A stretch of DNA of 64,000 nucleotides, taken from positions 1,669 to 65,668 of the forward strand of contig CAZCGJ010000001.1 of the NCBI GenBank assembly GCA_964498295.1, in the 5' to 3' direction. Positions 49,201-57,864 of this stretch are shown here, piece after piece. This stretch comes from Candidatus Woesearchaeota archaeon (GTDB taxonomy: Archaea; Nanobdellota; Nanobdellia; Pacearchaeales; GW2011-AR1). The position numbers and the translations under genes were made by a program. Every line of letters begins with the position of its first letter. The stretch's first letter is position 1. The notes below the pieces were generated by a model, which did not search any database, was not told where the DNA came from, and worked only from the letters and a program-made list of their open reading frames with translations.

Positions 49201-52076
49201 ATAATCGGTTTGAAGTAAGTACCTCTAATAGACTCTGGAAGTTCGCTCAAAGAAGTTTCATATCCCTTATTAGCCTCAGCATTCCTAGCAATATCATCTA
49301 GCTGTGCACTTGTATCAGCATTAATTTCAGATCTCAATCCTTCAGTAATAGTTGTAGAACCGCTCAAACGATTGTATAATAAACATTGTCTAGCCTCAGA
49401 CCAAGAATTAATTTGTTTTGCAGAAACAATTTGACCATTACTTGCTTTATACGAACAAGTACTCCCACTCTGGAATTCAGAAATATTCCCATGATATTGA
49501 TTTTTTATTTCATCATTAATGCCTTCTATCGCGCCAGTGTACGAATCAACATCTTTTGAAATATCATCTGAATAATGATTATAACAAACATCGACAGTAG
49601 GATAATTTCCAGCAGCTACTTCTTGTTTACATTTTACCTTATACACTTGCATAACTTCTTGTCTTGCAGTACTCTGACCAGTAAATCCAGTAATTAAATT
49701 CTTAACATTTAATGCTAATCCCGTAGCCAAACAAACTGCCTTCCAACCTTCAACAAGTTTTCCTAACTGAGCATTCTTTTCTTCCCATTTAGCAATAGTC
49801 TTGTTAAGCTCATCTGCTTGATCTTGAGCCTGCTCAGGACTAAGCTTGATTACTCTTTGTTCAATACCTATATTAAAAGTAAAATTTGCTTCAGAAGTTG
49901 TCTTCAATTCAGAAACAATACTCACATACGCATTCTTCTCAACTTGAACATCACTTAAATATAAACTATATGCCTCATTCTTTGTTGCACCACTACTCAA
50001 CTTTTTAGGTTCAATAACAGTATTAGAATCAGTACTATAGGAAAGCCTAAATGCGCCGTCCGACAAATAACTTACTTGTTTTCCGTCTTGCAATTTAGTA
50101 CTATAATATTCAAAAACTACTTCTTTTGAAGTAATAGTCTTGACAATTAAATAATCATTAGTATTCTTTGTTCCAGAATTAAGAGATAAATTAATTTGAT
50201 CCCCTTCATGCCACAAAATACTTCCAGTTTCATCAGGAACATTTTTGTTATTCATTACTAATTCAAAAGTTTTCGAACTGGAAGGTGCTGGTTTAAATTG
50301 AACAATACCAATAGTATGATATTCATTATTTGCAAAAACAGATTTGTATGCATTTGTAGAATCAGTTCTTTGAGCAATAGTTAACTGACTTCGAATACTC
50401 TCAGCCAAAGCAGAACTAGGATATAATTCTAAAAACTTATTCATTAGTTCAACTTTCTTAATATTATAGTCTAAACCTTTTTGCTGTAATCTTTTAGCAA
50501 GTTCTATTTCTTCAATCAATGCACTCTCACCATAATTTGTGCCTGTAGAATTAGATAAATAAGAATAATCATTTAATAATTCAGAAAGAACATTTTCACC
50601 TTCTTTGAAATAAGTAGATGCAAGCTCCTTATCTGATTGAGTAGTAGTTGTTTGAACATCTTCACCTTCGGTAGTTACAAGCCCTTTAAAAGAAATGCCT
50701 TTAACGGAATCTCCAGGCCTATCTCCGGAGAATAATATTTTAATGTTGCTTGCAGGAGCTTTTGTTGTATCAATACTATTTTTGAACTCGGTTAAAGTCA
50801 TAGCAACATCTCTTTTACTATTAAAAGTATTATAGACGTTCGCGGAAATTTCTGAATAAACTTTATTTTCCAAAGCAGATTCACTTTTAACCATCACAAC
50901 AAATTCAGTATCTGCAGATATACTCTCTATAGGTTTTTTTGTAACTCCTGCATACGCAAAATAATAGTTTCCTTCATCAGAAGGCACTCTGCTCGCCATT
51001 TCATAAGTACTCATAATATTTTGTGAATTAGTAACATTGGCTTTATACAAACTTAACAAACTTAAATCAAGAGTTTTTCCACCACAAGAAACCTTTACAG
51101 TTCCAGTATCTCCTGCAAGTACATTTAAGTTAGTAACTCTACAGCCAGTGTTACCGAGCTTAGTAGTTTTTCTTGCTTCCATTTGAACACCGTCAACACT
51201 TAAGATAACAGAATCTTCAGGAGAATCAATATCATTTAATTTAAGTTGAAGTCCAGCACGACAATAAAAACCTGGAAAATAAAATAATCCACCAGTCTGT
51301 CCACGAGTTAATGTTTCTGTTCTAATTTTTGCTCCATCCGGAGTCAAAACTTCAATAGTTGCTTGATCATTTTGAACATCAACAAGCCTAAGTACTCCTC
51401 TGCCTTGCCAAAAACCTTGCAGATATTTGCTCGATTCCCATTCATCATCACTCATTGTTCTTAAATAAAATTCAGAGCTACCAACACCAAATGCTTTTTC
51501 AGCATCATAATAAAGAGTAGCTGTTAAATTACCAGAAACATTTTTTGGAGAAGCAGTCTCATTGCTCTGTTTTTTTAAGATAATAACTACATAACCAATA
51601 TTATTTACAACAGGGCTGCCCAATAAAGTATTGTAACTATTCAAAGCAGCTCTAGCAGGATAATAACTAACGCCTGCAATTTCTGTAGGATATTTTCCTC
51701 TAAAAGAAATTGATTTTATAGAAGAAACTTTAATCAAGGGGTTTACTTTAGCAGATTCTAGTTGGCAGAAAACAGGAACGTTTTGTTCGGCAAGTAAATC
51801 AGATCTTACTACGCTAGGAGTACATCCCGAAGGAGGAATCATAACAAGAAAATCAGTATTTCCATAACAACGATTATTTGCAATATCATCTGCCAACTGA
51901 GGCCAGTAAGTATTAATATCTGTGGAAGAATAAACACTAGAAAGACTAGGATTAACATATTGATAATTAGTACTTCCAGAAAAAGAAGCAGTACCAGTAG
52001 GATTACTTAAGTCAGCACACACAAATCCTACTGAAAAAAACAAAACTGATAAAAATATTAAATTTAAATTTCTCAT
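46233..52076 (-). CDS. Giant (1947 aa) secreted/surface protein with a Ser/Thr/Ala-rich linker and two C-terminal Cys-containing repeats of about 60 aa
   Basis: Signal peptide MRNLNLIFLSVLFFSVGFVCA; no catalytic motifs; C-terminal repeats ...Y(R/S)I...Y.LYKD......G...G.....G(Y)xCTF(D/E)G..ISC. Confidence 0.6.
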   Translation of the reverse strand: MRNLNLIFLSVLFFSVGFVCADLSNPTGTASFSGSTNYQYVNPSLSSVYSSTDINTYWPQLADDIANNRCYGNTDFLVMIPPSGCTPSVVRSDLLAEQNVPVFCQLESAKVNPLIKVSSIKSISFRGKYPTEIAGVSYYPARAALNSYNTLLGSPVVNNIGYVVIILKKQSNETASPKNVSGNLTATLYYDAEKAFGVGSSEFYLRTMSDDEWESSKYLQGFWQGRGVLRLVDVQNDQATIEVLTPDGAKIRTETLTRGQTGGLFYFPGFYCRAGLQLKLNDIDSPEDSVILSVDGVQMEARKTTKLGNTGCRVTNLNVLAGDTGTVKVSCGGKTLDLSLLSLYKANVTNSQNIMSTYEMASRVPSDEGNYYFAYAGVTKKPIESISADTEFVVMVKSESALENKVYSEISANVYNTFNSKRDVAMTLTEFKNSIDTTKAPASNIKILFSGDRPGDSVKGISFKGLVTTEGEDVQTTTTQSDKELASTYFKEGENVLSELLNDYSYLSNSTGTNYGESALIEEIELAKRLQQKGLDYNIKKVELMNKFLELYPSSALAESIRSQLTIAQRTDSTNAYKSVFANNEYHTIGIVQFKPAPSSSKTFELVMNNKNVPDETGSILWHEGDQINLSLNSGTKNTNDYLIVKTITSKEVVFEYYSTKLQDGKQVSYLSDGAFRLSYSTDSNTVIEPKKLSSGATKNEAYSLYLSDVQVEKNAYVSIVSELKTTSEANFTFNIGIEQRVIKLSPEQAQDQADELNKTIAKWEEKNAQLGKLVEGWKAVCLATGLALNVKNLITGFTGQSTARQEVMQVYKVKCKQEVAAGNYPTVDVCYNHYSDDISKDVDSYTGAIEGINDEIKNQYHGNISEFQSGSTCSYKASNGQIVSAKQINSWSEARQCLLYNRLSGSTTITEGLRSEINADTSAQLDDIARNAEANKGYETSLSELPESIRGTYFKPIIDNNKVKVVSSVAIDKATLKNVFGSAVKEFEGEGSRSVATTNSGGVWYLLILGSGSSVASTYTFDLSNKQVSNVLLKTDLTGLPNNRDTARWDVDMTSNIKCVNNYTNPTVRFYESANDKGMPAYVPVDLKEGWYVYIPSTQGNTVTTAASNVVSTITTGKAISGYTDAGEVTFMYLCNVGPNGREDQRMNDDICQSFNTNNNNFEGFSGCSIQASEIRNLISRAKTAIRYVASNYKSGVRKFSIPNVGDNVEVEPGMMGASSNNFVCQDFFSPEECKFMYNVCDPVICPTSRCNFGGKIAVPNVIQSGILGSAVLCLKNFVGFGGDVYMPVCLTGIHAGIEGYISILKAQQKCLSEYSKSGKHVGICDEITAVYKCEFFWRQVSPLMKNIIPSLAELAYTAKWGGQANGGEYATFQQSWDNMQSSIDYFKNNYASTSFTAYKFGNVEEIGSTYCRNFLGTSIPTSAEAIESMLKPESPAQFYGTFSSIPYTTATVPATSQYKVFYHIYAGTDIGASYTVYLKDPPSLSYYSMPAQVHIISGYLTKGEQASETKDFTAPSGYKQMCLVVNDQEECGFNSVSTDFAVDVINDLYVQEQGNARGITTEDECISGTSSIYSLLNPNVQEGVDNAINPDVSLLGITRICATQNPGVGKDSKNWQSVGYCGSKNLTCWLDNKSVQNAQKVLQKVGSISEAIEYLAANSSERVVSDDMKKTSEKLSDLKKSIAKLTLSPAIVKGGVSSIDNALSPVLGMATDAYTNAKLDANKAEALYLRVQLYIKVVKTILNIKDSEGEKSASSQRSSAPSLDSSVLDDSSSSGDITLKDIGSYYRIMNKGSSTAYRIFKNSYDLYKDDTRIGKVILGSPFYNIAGYRCTFDGKDISCSSNSGATADASTASNSGTSGTGASTASTFSSTSGDFSVLNDGSNYNILRGSDNTGYSIRMEGSNYWLYKDGAKTSIGVTEGQAFELGDEGYSCTFEGGGISCVEHG

Positions 52077-53923
52077 CTAAAATTCAATTCGACGCTCGAA
52101 ACCTCCCATTGTGCATAATTAGCCTCTAAATCAGATATACTAGTCGGAGTTTTAAATGTAGGCACATCGATCCTTAATTCATTATAATTAGTTAATAATT
52201 CATCTGTAAAATAATCTTGCGTACTGCCTCCGCCAACTATAGCCGAATCAATACTTTGTGCAGGAATATCTAAATCAAAACATTTACTTTCTGTAGATCC
52301 AAATATACCTCCAATACTACTGGAAGGAACATCTAAACATTTTTGTTGTTTTATTCCAGCAAAACTTATAGAAGTATTTGAATAAACATAAGCAGTTACA
52401 TTATATTCTCCTTCTGCAAGTCTAACCACTTTATCTTCTGGATAACTAAATACAGAAGTATAATCATTTGAAGAGAAAACAATATTTGCTTTTCCTACAG
52501 AAGACATAGAAACGTTTATTGTATGTATTTTTTTCATCATAATATCTGCATTGTCTTCTCTATTAGTAGATATAATATATGATGATGAAGTATAATTTTC
52601 AGAATATGCATGTAATATTCCATTAACACAACTAGGAACATCTGCTATCAAATAAGACTCATCACTCGAAACTTTCTTTGTACTTCCCAAATCGCAAGTC
52701 TCATCTAAACAACTAAAACTTAATCTAGCTTCGATCGGATTCAAATCTAAATCAGTAGTACTTACTCTTACCTTCTTATCAGAATTTGCACAAATAACAT
52801 TATTATCAATAATTTCATCGCCCGTTAAAATTGCTTCTCTTGCCTGACTATTTTTGATTATGGCAACAACACCAAATTGAAATAAGTCATTTCCGTCGAA
52901 AAACTGAACCAAGACAGGGAACTTTATATCATAAACAAAATGATAAGGAACAAAACATAAACCAAACATACTAAGTCCTTGTTGAGTTCCTACAGGTTGA
53001 ACAACTTTATCCCCATACATCTGCACGCTTGTTGGCCAAGAGGAAGAATACATGAAGTTTACATTCTCATCTACTTTCTCACCTAAATCTACAACGAAAT
53101 AGGAATTTTTTTTATCAGATAAATCATAATAATTTCCAGCAACTTTTAAGAAAGCGATATTATCTTCCAAACCTAAAGAAATATTTCTTTTTGTTAAATC
53201 TTCATTAAACATTCTAGGAGAACAACCGAAATCAACACCCGTTACAGGAGCATACAAATACATAACATCCAAACCATATGCTTCTAAAAATCCGTCTGAT
53301 TTTTCTTTATCGTAAATCTTTGAAGCTAAATCATAAAACTTTCCAAGTTTAGATTTAACAGTTACTTCGTGTTTACTAACGGTAGCTGATTGATTTTCAA
53401 AAGTAATAAAAACAGGATTGTCTAAAGAAACATAGACGCTATCAGAATTTATATTAACATTTACAGAACCATCATAAATATCTACAAAAATCCCAGCACT
53501 ATTTAAAAAATCAAAATTACAATTATTTATTCCTTCATAAATAAATCGTGTTAATTCTTGATCCATTTCTTCAATAGTGGGTTTTTGTTCAACAATCATA
53601 TTATTTCCAGAAACAAACATCCAGTAAGGAACTGCACCACCGTAAAAATCTAATTGAGAAGAAGAAGGAGCATATGAACTACCAGGATAAAATTTTAATT
53701 CTTCAAGATAAAGATGTCCGCCTTGTTGACCTAATAAATTTATACCTAATTTTGCTCTATCAGAAATACAAGCTAAATATGCATCTTCTCCTTGCTTTAG
53801 TTCTTTTGAACCACCTGGTAAAGAAGTATTATTAATTAAGAAATATATTCCAATCGCAGCTACGACGAGAATTCCAATAATAATAAAAACAGTTACCTGA
53901 CCCCTCTTTTGTCTTTTAATCAT
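52073..53923 (-). CDS. 616-aa extracellular protein with an archaeal prepilin-type N-terminus, translationally coupled (ATGA) to the giant gene
   Basis: N-terminus MIKRQKRG|QVTVFIIIGILVVAAIGIYFLI; large Cys-containing ectodomain. Confidence 0.55.
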   Translation of the reverse strand: MIKRQKRGQVTVFIIIGILVVAAIGIYFLINNTSLPGGSKELKQGEDAYLACISDRAKLGINLLGQQGGHLYLEELKFYPGSSYAPSSSQLDFYGGAVPYWMFVSGNNMIVEQKPTIEEMDQELTRFIYEGINNCNFDFLNSAGIFVDIYDGSVNVNINSDSVYVSLDNPVFITFENQSATVSKHEVTVKSKLGKFYDLASKIYDKEKSDGFLEAYGLDVMYLYAPVTGVDFGCSPRMFNEDLTKRNISLGLEDNIAFLKVAGNYYDLSDKKNSYFVVDLGEKVDENVNFMYSSSWPTSVQMYGDKVVQPVGTQQGLSMFGLCFVPYHFVYDIKFPVLVQFFDGNDLFQFGVVAIIKNSQAREAILTGDEIIDNNVICANSDKKVRVSTTDLDLNPIEARLSFSCLDETCDLGSTKKVSSDESYLIADVPSCVNGILHAYSENYTSSSYIISTNREDNADIMMKKIHTINVSMSSVGKANIVFSSNDYTSVFSYPEDKVVRLAEGEYNVTAYVYSNTSISFAGIKQQKCLDVPSSSIGGIFGSTESKCFDLDIPAQSIDSAIVGGGSTQDYFTDELLTNYNELRIDVPTFKTPTSISDLEANYAQWEVSSVELNFR

Positions 53924-53990
53924 TGATAAAATAAGAAAAATAAGATATATAAATATATTTATAAAACAAAAAAGTATCGAAGTCTAATAA

Positions 53991-54061
53991 GATCCCATTG
54001 TCTAACGGTAGTACGGCTCTTTGACGTGGAGCAGGCCGAGGTTCAACTCCTCGTGGGATCA
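53991..54061 (+). tRNA. tRNA-Val (anticodon GAC) with a non-canonical D-arm
   Basis: Acceptor GATCCCA/TGGGATC, anticodon stem GCTCT/GGAGC with loop TTGACGT, T-arm CGAGG-TTCAACT-CCTCG; I could not fold a standard 4-bp D-stem by hand; TATA-like TTTATAAAA about 26 nt upstream. Confidence 0.6.
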
Positions 54062-54118
54062 TTTTACCAAGCTTCGTAGAAGTCGGTAAGGTAACGAACT
54101 TGCTGAGTTACCGCTATC

Positions 54119-54166
54119 GGACTTTTTCGATCAAGCCACGGGCTTGAAATTATGCGAAAAAAGTCC
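54119..54166 (+). other. Nested stem-loop (GGACTTTTTCG...CGAAAAAAGTCC with inner AAGCC-ACG-GGCTT) followed by a T-run; terminator-like or part of a small structured RNA downstream of tRNA-Val
   Basis: Inverted repeats read directly; this region and an adjacent 6-bp hairpin (54090-54112) are GC-richer than the surroundings. Confidence 0.3.
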
Positions 54167-54215
54167 TTTTGAATAAGAAGATATTTATCCAAGATTCTAA
54201 ATTAACAAAGAAAAA

Positions 54216-54482
54216 TTAGTGTTTACCACCAAGAACTTGTCCCCAATTCTCTTTAAGATATGCTACTTTGAAAGATTTCTTATCGAGCTTTGCTAAAATA
54301 CACAAATCACCAAAAAAATCCTCTGGAAGAGTTCTATTCTCGTTATAGTAGCTTTTAAGAGTTTGATAGTTAATTTTTAGGCCAAATTGTAACAGGCCAC
54401 GCAAAGAAGGAGAATTAATTCTTTCAACAACTAGATCTAAGAACTTTCTCTGATATCCTACTTTAAATTTTATTCTCGTCAT
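54216..54482 (-). CDS. Hypothetical protein (about 89 aa from the internal ATG; the ORF-caller start is a GTG inside a GC-rich hairpin region)
   Basis: ORF only; start uncertain. Confidence 0.3.
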   Translation of the reverse strand: MTRIKFKVGYQRKFLDLVVERINSPSLRGLLQFGLKINYQTLKSYYNENRTLPEDFFGDLCILAKLDKKSFKVAYLKENWGQVLGGKH

Positions 54483-54548
54483 CGTAATCTGGAGGCGCGC
54501 TTCGCGCAATATTTCACGCGACACTGCGCAACTATAGACATGGGAAAC

Positions 54549-54556
54549 TTTATAAA
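54549..54556 (+). promoter_or_regulatory. TATA-box-like element (TTTATAAA) about 30 nt upstream of the L44e ATG; implies a near-leaderless transcript for the rpl44e-rps3ae-ndk operon
   Basis: A/T box spacing relative to the ATG at 54587. Confidence 0.4.
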
Positions 54557-54586
54557 CCCTCCCAACGAAACCTTTTTACACACAAA

Positions 54587-54895
54587 ATGAAATTACCTAA
54601 AAAAACAAATAGATTTTGCCCATATTGCAAAAAACAAACTGAACAAAAGATAAAGTTAGTTGGATCTGGTTCAAAGAAAAACTCATTATCTAGAGGTTCA
54701 AAAATTAGAGCGAGATTAAGAGGAAGAAACAGAGGTATAGGTAACTTAGGAAGATATAGCAAACCAGCAGTATCCAAATTCAAAAGAAAAACTAAAACAA
54801 CTAAAAAGGCAAAGATTCTATACATCTGTTCAGTCTGTAACAAAGGCAAAGACAAATGCAAAGGAATAAGAGCATCTAAAGTGGTACAAGAATAA
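54587..54895 (+). CDS. rpl44e: Ribosomal protein eL42 (L44e), C4 zinc-ribbon type
   Basis: CPYCKK...CSVCNKG zinc ribbon and a basic composition typical of L44e. Confidence 0.85.
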   Translation: MKLPKKTNRFCPYCKKQTEQKIKLVGSGSKKNSLSRGSKIRARLRGRNRGIGNLGRYSKPAVSKFKRKTKTTKKAKILYICSVCNKGKDKCKGIRASKVVQE

Positions 54896-55623
54896 TGGCA
54901 ACAAGAAAAAAGTTTATTGACGTAAATTTAGCAATGGTAAACGAAACATTACCAGTATTAGGCGAACCAGAATCTCTTGTAAACAAAACAATCAAATTAG
55001 ACTTGTCTAGAAAATTAAAAGGAAGAGGATTAGAAGTAGTATTCCAAATATTAGCAAACGGCAAAGAACTTACAGGTTATCCAAAAAATATGACTTTAAT
55101 GAGAAGTTATATTACAAGAATGATGAGAAAAAGAGTAAACTATGTTGAAGATTCATTCACAAGCTCATGTAAAGACATACCGGTTACAATAAAACCATTC
55201 TTAATTACAAGAAAGAAAGTTTCCAGAGCAATTAGAAATAATCTGAGAAAAACAACAAAGGAATTTATTTTAGAATATACAAAAACAAAAACATACATGG
55301 AACTTGCAGAATCTATCTTATTTGGAGAAATGCAAAAAGAAATGTACCCTAAATTAAAGAAAGTTTACCCATTATCTTTATGCGAAATAAGAGTATTGGA
55401 AGTTAAAGACGTTACAAAAGCAGATTTAACAGTAAAAGAAAAACCAAAAGTAGAAGCAACTGAAGAAGTAGAAGAATTAACTCAAGCTGAAGAAATAGAA
55501 TTAGCTGAAAAAGCAAAAAAGGCTAAAGAAGAAGCTAAAGAAGAGAATCTAGAAGAAAAATTAGAAGAAGAAAAACCCAAGAAAGCTAAGAAGAAAAAAG
55601 AAGAAGAAAAGAAAGAGGAATAA
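54895..55623 (+). CDS. rps3ae: Ribosomal protein eS1 (S3Ae) with a Lys/Glu-rich C-terminal tail
   Basis: Core matches S3Ae (…KKVYPLSLCEIRVLEV…); the start overlaps the L44e stop. Confidence 0.7.
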   Translation: MATRKKFIDVNLAMVNETLPVLGEPESLVNKTIKLDLSRKLKGRGLEVVFQILANGKELTGYPKNMTLMRSYITRMMRKRVNYVEDSFTSSCKDIPVTIKPFLITRKKVSRAIRNNLRKTTKEFILEYTKTKTYMELAESILFGEMQKEMYPKLKKVYPLSLCEIRVLEVKDVTKADLTVKEKPKVEATEEVEELTQAEEIELAEKAKKAKEEAKEENLEEKLEEEKPKKAKKKKEEEKKEE

Positions 55624-56160
55624 ATGGCACAACAACAATGTTTAGTTCTAATTAAACCAGACGGTTTAGTAAAAAGTTTAACAGGAGATATTCTTACAAT
55701 ATTATCTAGCACTAAGTTAAAAATTGTAGGAGCAAAAATTGTCTCAATGAAGAGAGAATTTGCAGAAGAACATTATTCTGAATTAAAACAAAACCTTTTG
55801 AAAAAGTTCGGAGAACAAAAAGGAAATGATGTTTTTGAGAATGTAATTAAGTATATTGTAGGCGAATACCATACAAATAGAGTTATGGCACTTGTTTACT
55901 CTGGCGAAGATGCAATTCAAAAAATAAGAGAAGTTGCAGGAAGCACAAATCCTGAAGAAGCAGACCCTGTCTCAATCAGAGGAAAATATGGAAGAATCCA
56001 TTCTAAAACAAATGTTTTTGAAAATGTTATTCATGCGTCAGATTCTGAAGCTAGTGCAAAAAGAGAAATCCAACTATGGTTTTCACCTGACGAGTTAACA
56101 GAAATAACTTACCCAACAGAAAAAAGAACAGAAGCTACAGAAAGAACATTCTGGAAATAA
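55624..56160 (+). CDS. ndk: Nucleoside diphosphate kinase
   Basis: LVLIKPDG..., NVIHASDS (active-site His), EIQLWF. Confidence 0.9.
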   Translation: MAQQQCLVLIKPDGLVKSLTGDILTILSSTKLKIVGAKIVSMKREFAEEHYSELKQNLLKKFGEQKGNDVFENVIKYIVGEYHTNRVMALVYSGEDAIQKIREVAGSTNPEEADPVSIRGKYGRIHSKTNVFENVIHASDSEASAKREIQLWFSPDELTEITYPTEKRTEATERTFWK

Positions 56161-56256
56161 TTCTAAAAAATTAAGAGTATAATCCTATTAAAAATATTTT
56201 ATAAAAGTAAAAAACCAATATAGAAATTTGTATCTTCAATATATTTTTATGAAAAA

Positions 56257-56329
56257 AGCCTGCAGAGGGAATCAAACCCCCGACCCCAAGTTTACAAAAC
56301 TTGTGCTCTATCAGCTGAGCTATGCAGGC
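56257..56329 (-). tRNA. tRNA-Thr (anticodon TGT)
   Basis: Hand fold: acceptor GCCTGCA/TGCAGGC, D-arm GCTC-AGCTGATA-GAGC, anticodon stem CAAGT/ACTTG with loop TTTGTAA, T-arm GGGGG-TTTGATT-CCCTC. Confidence 0.8.
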
Positions 56330-56375
56330 ATAAAAATATGTTATTTAGATGGTTTTTAAGTATTTTGATTCCTGA

Positions 56376-57116
56376 TTAATCTTCACCAGTCATCGCTTTA
56401 GCAATCTTTTCTGCTGCTCTTGTTGCACTTTCTTGCCTAGCCAAAAGCTCCTTCTCTTTGCCTTCTTTATCAGACTTATTGACTTTCATCCTAATATATC
56501 TAGCAAAAACCTTAACTTCTTTAGAAAACTTAGACAAGAAAACTATTCCAACAACAAAAACCACAAAGGCAATTATTTTCATTATAGGCGATGTTAAAAA
56601 TTCAGTCAAATCTACTAACTTATTAGCTAAAAAAATAGAAAGGCCTTGGAAAACTCTAAGAAGCAACAATATTAGGAAAAAAGAAAGGGAAACCAAAATA
56701 GAAGTTGATTTAGAAAACATATCAAAATCATTCAAAACTTCATACGTAGTAAAATAATATTTTACTAGGAAAAACCAAATAACTAAAACAAGAATAAAAA
56801 ACAGAGAAAAAATAGGAGTCATACCTACTGCAAACTCAATAACGGGAGTAGTATATGGAGAAACCTTCCTATACCCTGAAATAACCTGCTTAAACCCTGT
56901 TTGATTTTCTAAAATTAATCCTAATTGCTTTTTAAGATAAGCATTACGTACATCCTCATTTGTTATAGTTGTTTTTGCAGTATCAACTTGAGAAGTAATA
57001 TTTTGCACTCTTTGATCTACTGAATTAAATTGCTGATCTATAGAACTAGTATCTATAGCTGAAACAAGCCCAACTAAGAATAAAACTGCGAAAATAAAAC
57101 ACCAACTCTTTTGCAT
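56376..57116 (-). CDS. Signal-peptide-bearing polytopic membrane protein with a charged coiled C-tail; distant member of the 56-61 kb paralogue set
   Basis: Cleavable-type N-terminus, 4-5 TM helices, Lys/Glu-rich C-terminal tail. Confidence 0.4.
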   Translation of the reverse strand: MQKSWCFIFAVLFLVGLVSAIDTSSIDQQFNSVDQRVQNITSQVDTAKTTITNEDVRNAYLKKQLGLILENQTGFKQVISGYRKVSPYTTPVIEFAVGMTPIFSLFFILVLVIWFFLVKYYFTTYEVLNDFDMFSKSTSILVSLSFFLILLLLRVFQGLSIFLANKLVDLTEFLTSPIMKIIAFVVFVVGIVFLSKFSKEVKVFARYIRMKVNKSDKEGKEKELLARQESATRAAEKIAKAMTGED

Positions 57117-57194
57117 AAAAAATAGAACAATACCGGATTTATAATCCTAACGAAATATCAATAAATATAAAAACTAAACAAGAGATAACCAGAC

Positions 57195-57773
57195 ATGAAA
57201 AAGAGACAGATATTTTTAATTTTGGTACTAACAGTTTTACTCCTTAATTTTTCACTCGCCGCCACACAAACATTACCAAAAAACACCTCAACAACAAACA
57301 CCCTATCTTCAAACCCTATAAGCTCATTTATGCAAAAAGAAATAAGTTCAGAAGCATTCAAAATAATCGGCGCTCCTGCGACAATACCTTTCCAAACCTT
57401 ACTAATTTATTTATTATTTATACTTATTGCATATATAATTATCACAGATTTATTGAACGGAGTCAGTTTATTTGATAAAAGTTGGTATAATTACACAATA
57501 GGATTAATCGTGGTCCTTTTGGGTGTCTATTCTGGTACAGCTTACAAGTTAATTTTAGCCTTTACAAAAATACAATTTACAAGTATTGCAGCAACAGGAG
57601 TAACATACTATATTATTCTAGGAATACTTGGAGCCTATTTACTAATAAGAACTTTTTTCAAAATAGTAAAAAGAAACAAAAGAACAAATGAAGAAAAGGC
57701 AGAAGAAAGAGCAGATAAAATACGACTTCTAAGAAAAGCACAAGACATAGAAGCAAGAGCCGCAGGAATCTAA
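57195..57773 (+). CDS. Signal-peptide-bearing polytopic membrane protein with a charged coiled C-tail (paralogue set)
   Basis: MKKRQIFLILVLTVLLLNFSLA signal, 3-4 TM helices, tail KRNKRTNEEKAEERADKIRLLRKAQDIEARAAGI. Confidence 0.4.
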   Translation: MKKRQIFLILVLTVLLLNFSLAATQTLPKNTSTTNTLSSNPISSFMQKEISSEAFKIIGAPATIPFQTLLIYLLFILIAYIIITDLLNGVSLFDKSWYNYTIGLIVVLLGVYSGTAYKLILAFTKIQFTSIAATGVTYYIILGILGAYLLIRTFFKIVKRNKRTNEEKAEERADKIRLLRKAQDIEARAAGI

Positions 57774-57838
57774 TATCTAAATATTAATAAATAAAAAAAT
57801 TAAATTCCCTTAAAATAAAAAGGGAAGAAAAAAATAAA

Positions 57839-57858
57839 AAACCTCGAAAACGAGGTTT
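57839..57858. terminator. Perfect 8-bp stem / 4-nt loop hairpin (AAACCTCG-AAAA-CGAGGTTT) between convergent genes, flanked by A/T runs; candidate bidirectional terminator
   Basis: Inverted repeat read directly; A-run upstream and T-run downstream. Confidence 0.3.
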
Positions 57859-57864
57859 GTAAAA

